Part shown: positions 48,235 through 57,315 of the stretch, piece by piece
How the letters are laid out: each line of letters begins with the position of its first letter
Position numbering within the stretch: position 1 is the stretch's first letter
NCBI GenBank assembly: GCA_964019425.1
Contig: OZ025792.1
Coordinates: forward strand, 868,001-932,000
From: Flectonema sp. DT1601
Taxonomy: Eukaryota
Direction of reading: 5' to 3'
DNA: 64,000 nucleotides
Translations under genes and position numbers: made by a program
Notes under the pieces: model-generated
The model's input: only the letters and a program-made list of their open reading frames with translations
Database searches by the model: none
What the model was told of the DNA's origin: nothing

Positions 48235-49650
48235 TTAAAGTAACATTTGAGCAATGGCGAGCAATAATAAAAATGGAAGGAGTGCAAACAACCACCAGTA
48301 TGATGCACCACCATAGTACCACTTCGCAAGAACAGTTGGTGAGATCCTTAAATAATTGTAAGCAATTAATACTAATTGATTAACAATTGTTACCTTCGCG
48401 ATACCGAGTTCCAACCATCTTCGTGGTGACGTTACTACTGCATCTGCGACTGTGACGATGTGTCCTGTCTTTACAACCTTCTGAACGAAATCTAAGTCTT
48501 CTAAAAGAGGATGGTCTTCACTGATACCTCCAATAGAGTTTATTGTTCTCTTGAAAGAGAAAATAGCCTGGTCGCCGTACGGCATTTCTTTGTTTTTGCT
48601 CCTCCAGTTTACACAACGCTCCAGTAATCGCATTTTCCAGTCGGTAGAATTTATAGAAAAGGAAAAAGCACCCGCAGACACTCCAGGAGTGCGAAGGGTT
48701 TTCAATGCGGTTGTATCAAATGCAGTTGGGAGAAGAGTATCAGCGTGTGCCATAATTATAATGTCACCACCTGCAGCCTTCACACCGCAGGATATTTGTT
48801 GACCACGACCTGCTGATGTTCGAATAATTTTTACTTTATCTTCATTCATACTTTCTACAACGACATCAGTTTTATCAGTTGACCCACCATCACATAATAT
48901 GATGTCTAGTCGGTCAGGATATTCAGCTCTTGAGATCCAATTCTCAATAGTAGTCTTTATAGACTTCGCTTCATTAAGAACAGGAGTTACAATAGTTGTG
49001 CGAGGCTCTTTAAGAGTTCTGACATCAACACCAGTTGCTTCTACGAAGACAGGAAGCTCTTCAATTGTGTCAACGTCACTAAGTGGGGTTCCAATCTTTT
49101 TGCATTGAACATTCGCAGCTTGAGCAGCTTGTAGTTGTTCAGACAGAACTGTTTCATTTCCCCAGTTGATCGTTCCTGAACAGAATAGAGATTGTAATGC
49201 GTGTTGATTCATTTTCGTGATACCAACGAGGACGTACCCTCCATCTATTGCGGGTTGCAGAACCATTCCAGTGTTACGTAATTCTGATACTGCAGTGTCA
49301 ATATCTTTGCCTGATAAGCTTGGGATATCAGCCCCCACAATAATTACTTTTTCATAACCTTCTTTAAATGCTGAATCAAAAGCAGCTGAGATCTTCTCAC
49401 CGAGTCCACCTGGTTGCTGTTCCTTTAGATTTACAGAGTACTTTCTATCTAACCAGTACTTCATTAAGTCTTTGTCACCACCAGCATACCAAACTTCTAT
49501 TTGATAATATTTGAGTTCGCTTAATAGCTTTTCAGTCATCACAACTTGACAGAAACTTGCCCCCTCAGCACCTACTGCTGGAATCAGTCTCGTCTTTGAC
49601 TTACCCGGAAGCGGGTATCTACTAAATAATATTACCTTCACTCCTTCCAT
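48235..49650 (-). CDS. Fused TIGR04282 (DUF2064, CofC-like) and TIGR04283 (GT2) arsenosugar-biosynthesis-type glycosyltransferase with C-terminal TM helix
   Basis: N-half: FSRYPLPGKSKTRL, GLGEKI, VGADIP, PAIDGGYVL, LSDVDT. C-half: PVLNEA, DGGSTD, HADT, PYGDQAIF, LEDLDF, TSPRRW. Confidence 0.88.
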   Translation of the reverse strand: MEGVKVILFSRYPLPGKSKTRLIPAVGAEGASFCQVVMTEKLLSELKYYQIEVWYAGGDKDLMKYWLDRKYSVNLKEQQPGGLGEKISAAFDSAFKEGYEKVIIVGADIPSLSGKDIDTAVSELRNTGMVLQPAIDGGYVLVGITKMNQHALQSLFCSGTINWGNETVLSEQLQAAQAANVQCKKIGTPLSDVDTIEELPVFVEATGVDVRTLKEPRTTIVTPVLNEAKSIKTTIENWISRAEYPDRLDIILCDGGSTDKTDVVVESMNEDKVKIIRTSAGRGQQISCGVKAAGGDIIIMAHADTLLPTAFDTTALKTLRTPGVSAGAFSFSINSTDWKMRLLERCVNWRSKNKEMPYGDQAIFSFKRTINSIGGISEDHPLLEDLDFVQKVVKTGHIVTVADAVVTSPRRWLELGIAKVTIVNQLVLIAYNYLRISPTVLAKWYYGGASYWWLFALLPFLLLLAIAQMLL

Positions 49651-50289
49651 TTTGTGTTTTTTTTATTAAGGTTCTGTGCATACAAAATAATGACACAAAT
49701 GACATTCACAACAGAAAACAGTGCGTAGTCAACATAGTAATAAAACGGAGACAATAAAAAGGAGAGGAAAAGGAATATCATTAGTTTTGTAATGTGTTTA
49801 CGTCTTTGATAAGAATCGTTTGCGTTCTCAGTGAGAGAGTCCAACAAAGAACACTCACGTCTTGTACAAAGGCAAAAAGGAAAATAGAATTATTGAACCT
49901 TCGAATACAACAGATCCTAGCAGTAGTTCTGATATCCCTTTGTGGGATGCTGTCAATCCACTGCTGGGGTCCCTTTTTTTTTCATCAAAGGAATTCAAAG
50001 AAATGATATTCTGAATAAAAAATATTAAAAAATCGAACTTAATCAACAATTTTATAAAATAAAAAAATACGAAGACTATTTCATTGTTGAAAATTCGGCA
50101 GCAAATCCACCGAACCAGAAATATAATAATGAAATTGAATATAATATTATATAAAAAAAAAAATAAAAAAAATGAAAGAGAGAGAGGAATGACACCGGTT
50201 GTTTTAAGAGTCTTTTTCGAGAGGAAATAGCTCCTTCCAATTGCAAACATATAAAGAGCACTTGTACTAATACTAATAGAATGATTACA

Positions 50290-51788
50290 AAGAAAATGAA
50301 TTCTTCATGAATAACATTTCCCTTTTTTGCAAACAAAAAAAGCAATGACGGGGGGGGTCATCTCTTTACCGAGACAGAGCTCCGCGGCGGGGGCCCTTTT
50401 TAACTCGTGTGATATTTATAAGAAGCAACTTCATTGAATTCGCAAAAGATCCCAGCAGTTCCGATCTTTGTATCCCGGTAAATCCACCGCTGGGGTCCTT
50501 TTTTTAATCGAAAGAATTCAAAGAATTGATATAAAAAATGCAAGAAAAGCAATGCCAAGATTGCCAATAGTAATAGTAAGGAGTTAGAACAATGGAATAA
50601 TAATAATAATAATAAAAAAAGGGAAACGGAATTAACTACTTCGAGATTAAGAAAAAAGATACGCATCTACTTTCTCGAAGAGTGGGTGTAGCGTTCCGGA
50701 GTGGTGTACCCTTTGGAACCATAGTTTGGAAGCCACCAGAATTCCTGGGCAGACAACGGGGATAACTCGTACCCGTTTTCGAAACGCTCAACTAAGTCGG
50801 GGTTTGCGATGAACGGCCTGCCAAACGCAATCATGTCGGCAACACCCGACGACACAGCCTCGTCGGCAGACTCTTTCGTGTAGCCACAGTTCCCCATCAA
50901 CTTCGTCTTGCTTCCCTTCAACATAGCCTTCGCGTCTTTCAGCGTGTACGGTTCCCCCAGCTCGTGGAATCCAAACGTGAGCCCATCCAACACGCACACG
51001 TACCCGATGTTTTTCTCACCAATTGCCTTGATCGTGTGGTTGAACTGCTCACGGAAGTCAGGAGATCCGACGTCGCCGAACACACCGTTCGGGGAAACTC
51101 GGATCCCGACCTGCTCCTTCGGGAACACCTCCGACACAGCGTCGATCACCTCCAACACAATCCGGGTGCTGTTTTCAAAAGATCCGCCGTACATGTCGGT
51201 ACGCTTGTTAACCTTGCTCTGAAAGAATTGATCCAAAAGGTACCCGTTTGCACCGTGGAGTTCCACCCCGTCGAATCCCGCCGCCTTGGCCTTTGCGGCA
51301 GCGCGTGCGTAGTCCTTCACGGTTTCGGCGATCTCCTCAATTTCCAACGCCCGCGGTGTTTCGAACGGCTTCGATCCCTTTTGGGTGTGAGCTTTCCTTT
51401 CCTTGGCCATCGGAGTTGGCGACGAACTGACCGGCGTCTGTCCATGGAAGTCGCTGTGAGTCTGCCTTCCCATGTGCCACAACTGGCAGAATATCTTCCC
51501 GCCAGCCTCGTGAACCGAGTCGGTAACCTTCTTCCATCCCTCCACCTGGTCATCTGTGTAGATACCCGGCGCGTCTACCCATCCGTCAGCGATGCGCGAA
51601 ATGAGAGTCCCCTCCGTGATGATGAGCCCCGCCTTCGCCCTCTGCGTGTAGTACTCGACGTTCAAGTCATTCGGAACCTTACCAACGTTGTTGGTACGGG
51701 CCCTCGTTAGTGGGGCCATTACAACTCTGTTTTTGAATCCCATCTCTCCCACAACGAGCTGCGACAAGACTCCAGTAGTTCTGGTTGA
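50290..51788. repeat. Direct repeat copy A (~1.5 kb: OYE CDS plus ~375 nt of 3' flank)
   Basis: Matches 55811-57309 at constant offset 5521; the ORF track shows identical translations in all frames. Confidence 0.95.
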
Positions 51789-51794
51789 CGACAT
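50667..51794 (-). CDS. Old yellow enzyme / NADH:flavin oxidoreductase (NemA-like alkene reductase), copy 1, 375 aa
   Basis: NRVVMAPLTRAR, QLWHMGR, AGFDGVELHGANGYLLDQF, FGRPFIANPDL. Start at 51794 (MSSTR) by comparison with copy 2. Confidence 0.95.
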   Translation of the reverse strand: MSSTRTTGVLSQLVVGEMGFKNRVVMAPLTRARTNNVGKVPNDLNVEYYTQRAKAGLIITEGTLISRIADGWVDAPGIYTDDQVEGWKKVTDSVHEAGGKIFCQLWHMGRQTHSDFHGQTPVSSSPTPMAKERKAHTQKGSKPFETPRALEIEEIAETVKDYARAAAKAKAAGFDGVELHGANGYLLDQFFQSKVNKRTDMYGGSFENSTRIVLEVIDAVSEVFPKEQVGIRVSPNGVFGDVGSPDFREQFNHTIKAIGEKNIGYVCVLDGLTFGFHELGEPYTLKDAKAMLKGSKTKLMGNCGYTKESADEAVSSGVADMIAFGRPFIANPDLVERFENGYELSPLSAQEFWWLPNYGSKGYTTPERYTHSSRK

Positions 51795-53203
51795 CTTAAT
51801 CGGTTGTTGTTTTTGGTTTCGGAAAGTCGAACTGTTGAGGAAGAAATTAGAGGATGCTGAAAAAAGAACAACACACGACACACACATAAGACATACATTT
51901 CTTGTTAACCAGGGTCTGTTATTTCACCACCCCCCTCCCCCCCTGTCTAATTTAGATAGTATAACTTACTTGATAACTTATATTAAGGCTCAGTTGAATT
52001 TAAGAATCCAAGGCTTGAAAATAAACATTAACCGAAGTGACAAGAGTAGCAGTCACGTCTTTTAATTAATTAATTAATTCATAAATCAAAAGGGAGGCAG
52101 AGTTGGAAAAATGAAAAAGAAAACAAGGAAATCATGTGTGAATCCCGCAAACAATAATTCCGAAATAAAGGAAACGTCGTTCAGCAGGAGTTTACGTTTT
52201 AGTCATCCGACAACATGGCTGTGGAAGTATTTCATAGATGCACGCCGTCATCAGTGCCGAATAATAAGAAAGCAAAATCAATAAAATAAAATAAATAAAA
52301 AAGAATCAATAAAAGTATTCACTATTCTGGTCAGGTGGTAGCGGTGGTGCCGCTGCACATCTTTTTTCTTTTCTTTTGTGAAAACATGTACCTCCTCCTC
52401 CTTCTTTTTCAATAATGAAGAGGAGTTGACATATAATTACGACGTTTTTTTCTTCTTTTTTTTTTTTCTCCAATGCTTTTCAATTCAACCCTCATTTTTG
52501 TTCGCAGATTTTGCAGATGAAAAATGAGCATAGACACAAGTGGTATCCTCCTTGGTCTTGGGAGTTCTTGAAATCTGTTCAGCTCAACAATCAAACACAA
52601 AAAAGAAAAACAAGAGGGTCAAATCATCATGAAAAAAAAAAAGTTTCTTATTTTATTCACTTACTCAATTCACATACCACTATAGTCTCCTTGGTCAATG
52701 GAGACGCAGTAATGGTTGGTTGGTTTTGCATGACTTCACCACCAAAGCTCTTCTTTGGTTAAGAATTACTGGTGGTTGGTTAAACAGAGTTAGAGAGGAA
52801 AAGGGGGGGGAGAGCGGAAGGTGATTAAAAAAAAAGGGATGAAAAAAAGGAAAAGAAACACGACAAGCAACGAAGCTTGTTCTCGTCATAGCTCAAGACA
52901 AGATATATAAAGGAAAGTCGCGTTTTCGTTTTGATTTGTTTGCAGAAAGCGTACACAACTCAGAAGGCAATCCAGCCCATCCGCAACGGAACGTTACTTT
53001 TGGTGGCGTCGGATCCAAACAAAAAGAGTAGTAGTATTTCTCATGATATTAAATATAGGAAATAAAAAAGAGACGAAGTCATCACACAGGATGGAACAAA
53101 AGTTAATTCCTCTTCGACGAAAAGCAAAGAATAATAACGGCTTGTCACTGTCATTCACACAACAACAACTTCACACGCACACGTCCTTTTTTTTTTCTTT
53201 CAT

Positions 53204-55528
53204 CTACGGAGCAGTCGAAACTTCTCCACGGAGAACCTTGGCAGCGCCAACCATGTTTTTCAAACTCGGGACAACCTCTTCCCATTTTCTGGTCTTCAAA
53301 CCGCAATCCGGGTTCACCCAGATACGATCCAGCGGCAGTCCACTCTGAGCCAACTTCCTCACCTGGTCAACCAGCTGCTCCTTCGTAGGGATCACCGGTG
53401 AGTGGATGTCGTACACACCAGGTCCGATATCGCGGTTGTATCCGAACCCTGACAGGGCATCGAGCATCTCGTTCCCGCTGCGCGAGTTCTCAATCGTCAG
53501 CACGTCGGCATCCATGTCGTCAATTTTGTCGATGATGTCCTCGAAAGTCGAATAGCACATGTGAGTTACAATCTGCGTACTCGGCTTCGCAACCGCCGTC
53601 GAAAGTCGGAACGCTTTCACCGCCCACGACATGTACTCCCCCGCTTCCTCGTCCTTCAGGGGCATCCTCTCACGGAGCGCCGCCTCGTCCACCTGAACCA
53701 CCCGACATCCAGCAGCCTCGAGGTCCGCCACCTCCTCCCGAATCGCCAGGGCCACCTCCAACGCCTGCTTCCATCGGGGAGTGTCCACCCGACAGAACGA
53801 CCAGTTCAGAATCGTCACCGGACCCGTCAGCATCCCCTTCACCGGTTTGTCGCCGCTGGCTGCCTGCGCTACCTTGAATTCCCTCACCGTCATCGCTTCC
53901 CGACGAGACACCGTCCCGCAGATGATCGGAGGCCGCACGTAACGAGATCCATAGGACTGCACCCATCCGTGGTTCGTGAAAGCGAATCCCTCAAGTCGCT
54001 GCCCAAAGTGCTCAACCATGTCGCTTCTTTCCGGTTCGCCGTGCACCAACACGTCCAGCCCGATCTCATTTTGGATTTCGATGTTCTTCTTCAGCTCCGC
54101 ATCGATAACTGTCCGGTACGCCTCCTCACTCAGCTTCTTCTGCTTCCACGCCAGACGGCTTCGCCTCAGCTCCGGGGTTTGCGGGAACGATCCGATCGTC
54201 GTGGTCGGAAACAGAGGCATCGCCACCTGCTTCTCCCTCCTCGCTCCGAATTCCTCTGAACGCGAGAACATCTCCGCCGTCACCGTCACGTCTCCCACCT
54301 TCGTCGTCTTCGAAATATCATCCGCACCGGAAGCGTTGTCCTCTCCAACCCATTCGTAACGGCCATCCTCTTCGTCATTCGAAGAAGAAGAAGAAGAAGA
54401 AGAAGAAGAAGAAGAAGCAGCGAGGGACACCAACACATCCAACTTCTGAACAGCAAAAGCGAGCTTCTCCCGAACGTTTCCAGGAAGATCCTTCTCGAGC
54501 GACAGGTCGTACGGAATGAACTGAAGAGAACACGAAGGAGACACCACAACACTATCGTCGCCAACCACTATCTTCCTGATGCGTTTCAGTAATTTCGCCG
54601 CGCTCTCAGAGCTCCTCCAAACATTGCGCCCGTCCACGATCCCCGCACCCAACTGCTTCCCCGACGAAGTCGGGAACCCCTCCTTCTCGAGAATGCTCAG
54701 CATCGAGGAACCCCTACAGAAGTCGAGCGTCAACCTCTCAACCTCGAGGTTCTTGATGTACTTGTAAACCTCAACGTGTAACGAGTCAAAGTGAATGCAA
54801 AGGTTAACCGAAACCCCAGACTTCTGCTTCGTCAGCGCCGACCCCTTTCCGTACAGATGTTCCGCAACTTCCTTCAGGTTCACCGCCTCCGACTTCACGA
54901 ACCACGGCTCGTGGAATTGAACTTCTGGAACACCGGCTTCCCTCAGTTCCTTCAGCAGCTGTTCGTAACACGGCAACACTCTCTTCAGAAGCTCATCGAA
55001 AGACAACTCCCCACACCTCTTGCACAGCTTGCAGAGCGTCAACGGACCGACCACAATCGGAACTGCTTTCCCCTTCCCGACCGTCTGCTGCGCCAGTTCC
55101 ACCATTCCCATGAACCCCTTGAAGTTTCCAACCGGGGATACATCCGCTGGAACCTCAGGTACCATGTAGTGGTAGTTCGAGTCGAAGTACTTCGTCATGT
55201 CGAGAGCAGGAATCCCGTCCCTTCCCCTCGCTTGCGTGAAGTACGCGTCCAACCCGCTCAGTCCGGCGGCCTTCACGCGGGAGCACGTCAGACCGAACCG
55301 TTCAGACCAATCCAGAATGTGATCGTACAGCGTGTGGTCCCCAACTCCGATCAAGTCCACTCCCCTCGACAGCTGTTCCTCGTAACTCTTCACTGCAATC
55401 GAATTACTCGTTGACACGAGTTCCTCAGCGCTGATTCCACCGTTCCAGTACTTCTCGAGGGCAGTTTTCATTTCTCTCTTCGGACCCGTGCGGGGAAACC
55501 CCAAGGTGCTGGTCTTCACAACGGTCAT
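53204..55528 (-). CDS. metE: Cobalamin-independent methionine synthase, ~774 aa
   Basis: LGFPRTGPKREMK, KYFDSNYHY, GIVDGRNVW, PTTTIGSFPQT, GWVQSYGSRYVRPP, zinc ligands THMCY and WVNPDCGLKTR. Start at 55528 (MTVVKTSTLG). Confidence 0.97.
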   Translation of the reverse strand: MTVVKTSTLGFPRTGPKREMKTALEKYWNGGISAEELVSTSNSIAVKSYEEQLSRGVDLIGVGDHTLYDHILDWSERFGLTCSRVKAAGLSGLDAYFTQARGRDGIPALDMTKYFDSNYHYMVPEVPADVSPVGNFKGFMGMVELAQQTVGKGKAVPIVVGPLTLCKLCKRCGELSFDELLKRVLPCYEQLLKELREAGVPEVQFHEPWFVKSEAVNLKEVAEHLYGKGSALTKQKSGVSVNLCIHFDSLHVEVYKYIKNLEVERLTLDFCRGSSMLSILEKEGFPTSSGKQLGAGIVDGRNVWRSSESAAKLLKRIRKIVVGDDSVVVSPSCSLQFIPYDLSLEKDLPGNVREKLAFAVQKLDVLVSLAASSSSSSSSSSSSNDEEDGRYEWVGEDNASGADDISKTTKVGDVTVTAEMFSRSEEFGARREKQVAMPLFPTTTIGSFPQTPELRRSRLAWKQKKLSEEAYRTVIDAELKKNIEIQNEIGLDVLVHGEPERSDMVEHFGQRLEGFAFTNHGWVQSYGSRYVRPPIICGTVSRREAMTVREFKVAQAASGDKPVKGMLTGPVTILNWSFCRVDTPRWKQALEVALAIREEVADLEAAGCRVVQVDEAALRERMPLKDEEAGEYMSWAVKAFRLSTAVAKPSTQIVTHMCYSTFEDIIDKIDDMDADVLTIENSRSGNEMLDALSGFGYNRDIGPGVYDIHSPVIPTKEQLVDQVRKLAQSGLPLDRIWVNPDCGLKTRKWEEVVPSLKNMVGAAKVLRGEVSTAP
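54381..54417. repeat. (GAA)n microsatellite encoding poly-Ser in the metE inter-domain linker
   Basis: About 12 GAA units on +, read as TCT codons on -. Confidence 0.9.
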
Positions 55529-55810
55529 AGTTGGTTGTTGTTGTTGTTGTTTTTTTTTAAGATGAGAACTTTTGGTGGAGAAAATAATCGTAATAAATAG
55601 GGGGACTACTTGATTGACCAACAACATGTTTGCATAACATAAATACGAAGCCTATTATATTTTGTTAATTCGGCAGTAATCCACCAAACCAGAAATATAA
55701 CATCAGTAAATAAATAATAATAAAAAAGAGAGGAATAAGAGCGGTTGTTGTTTGGAGTCTTTTTTTTTTTGGGGAGGAAATATAGCTCCTTGCCCCAGTG
55801 TATAATTGAC

Positions 55811-57309
55811 AAGAAAATGAATTCTTCATGAATAACATTTCCCTTTTTTGCAAACAAAAAAAGCAATGACGGGGGGGGTCATCTCTTTACCGAGACAGAG
55901 CTCCGCGGCGGGGGCCCTTTTTAACTCGTGTGATATTTATAAGAAGCAACTTCATTGAATTCGCAAAAGATCCCAGCAGTTCCGATCTTTGTATCCCGGT
56001 AAATCCACCGCTGGGGTCCTTTTTTTAATCGAAAGAATTCAAAGAATTGATATAAAAAATGCAAGAAAAGCAATGCCAAGATTGCCAATAGTAATAGTAA
56101 GGAGTTAGAACAATGGAATAATAATAATAATAATAAAAAAAGGGAAACGGAATTAACTACTTCGAGATTAAGAAAAAAGATACGCATCTACTTTCTCGAA
56201 GAGTGGGTGTAGCGTTCCGGAGTGGTGTACCCTTTGGAACCATAGTTTGGAAGCCACCAGAATTCCTGGGCAGACAACGGGGATAACTCGTACCCGTTTT
56301 CGAAACGCTCAACTAAGTCGGGGTTTGCGATGAACGGCCTGCCAAACGCAATCATGTCGGCAACACCCGACGACACAGCCTCGTCGGCAGACTCTTTCGT
56401 GTAGCCACAGTTCCCCATCAACTTCGTCTTGCTTCCCTTCAACATAGCCTTCGCGTCTTTCAGCGTGTACGGTTCCCCCAGCTCGTGGAATCCAAACGTG
56501 AGCCCATCCAACACGCACACGTACCCGATGTTTTTCTCACCAATTGCCTTGATCGTGTGGTTGAACTGCTCACGGAAGTCAGGAGATCCGACGTCGCCGA
56601 ACACACCGTTCGGGGAAACTCGGATCCCGACCTGCTCCTTCGGGAACACCTCCGACACAGCGTCGATCACCTCCAACACAATCCGGGTGCTGTTTTCAAA
56701 AGATCCGCCGTACATGTCGGTACGCTTGTTAACCTTGCTCTGAAAGAATTGATCCAAAAGGTACCCGTTTGCACCGTGGAGTTCCACCCCGTCGAATCCC
56801 GCCGCCTTGGCCTTTGCGGCAGCGCGTGCGTAGTCCTTCACGGTTTCGGCGATCTCCTCAATTTCCAACGCCCGCGGTGTTTCGAACGGCTTCGATCCCT
56901 TTTGGGTGTGAGCTTTCCTTTCCTTGGCCATCGGAGTTGGCGACGAACTGACCGGCGTCTGTCCATGGAAGTCGCTGTGAGTCTGCCTTCCCATGTGCCA
57001 CAACTGGCAGAATATCTTCCCGCCAGCCTCGTGAACCGAGTCGGTAACCTTCTTCCATCCCTCCACCTGGTCATCTGTGTAGATACCCGGCGCGTCTACC
57101 CATCCGTCAGCGATGCGCGAAATGAGAGTCCCCTCCGTGATGATGAGCCCCGCCTTCGCCCTCTGCGTGTAGTACTCGACGTTCAAGTCATTCGGAACCT
57201 TACCAACGTTGTTGGTACGGGCCCTCGTTAGTGGGGCCATTACAACTCTGTTTTTGAATCCCATCTCTCCCACAACGAGCTGCGACAAGACTCCAGTAGT
57301 TCTGGTTGA
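55811..57309. repeat. Direct repeat copy B
   Basis: Matches 50290-51788; weaker similarity continues 55630-55810 versus ~50050-50290. Confidence 0.95.
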
Positions 57310-57315
57310 AGACAT
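56188..57315 (-). CDS. Old yellow enzyme / NADH:flavin oxidoreductase, copy 2, 375 aa
   Basis: Protein identical to copy 1; the only difference noticed is synonymous, at codon 2 (TCT vs TCG). Confidence 0.95.
   Translation of the reverse strand: MSSTRTTGVLSQLVVGEMGFKNRVVMAPLTRARTNNVGKVPNDLNVEYYTQRAKAGLIITEGTLISRIADGWVDAPGIYTDDQVEGWKKVTDSVHEAGGKIFCQLWHMGRQTHSDFHGQTPVSSSPTPMAKERKAHTQKGSKPFETPRALEIEEIAETVKDYARAAAKAKAAGFDGVELHGANGYLLDQFFQSKVNKRTDMYGGSFENSTRIVLEVIDAVSEVFPKEQVGIRVSPNGVFGDVGSPDFREQFNHTIKAIGEKNIGYVCVLDGLTFGFHELGEPYTLKDAKAMLKGSKTKLMGNCGYTKESADEAVSSGVADMIAFGRPFIANPDLVERFENGYELSPLSAQEFWWLPNYGSKGYTTPERYTHSSRK

Noticed and set aside
51795..55627. ORF-track N-terminal extensions of OYE copy 1 (to 51887) and metE (to 55627)
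   Set aside because: Low-complexity leader sequence absent from the paralogue or family; the family N-termini begin at 51794 and 55528.
52300..55900. Cobalamin or SAM riboswitch flanking metE
   Set aside because: No B12-box or SAM-I core recognised on either side.
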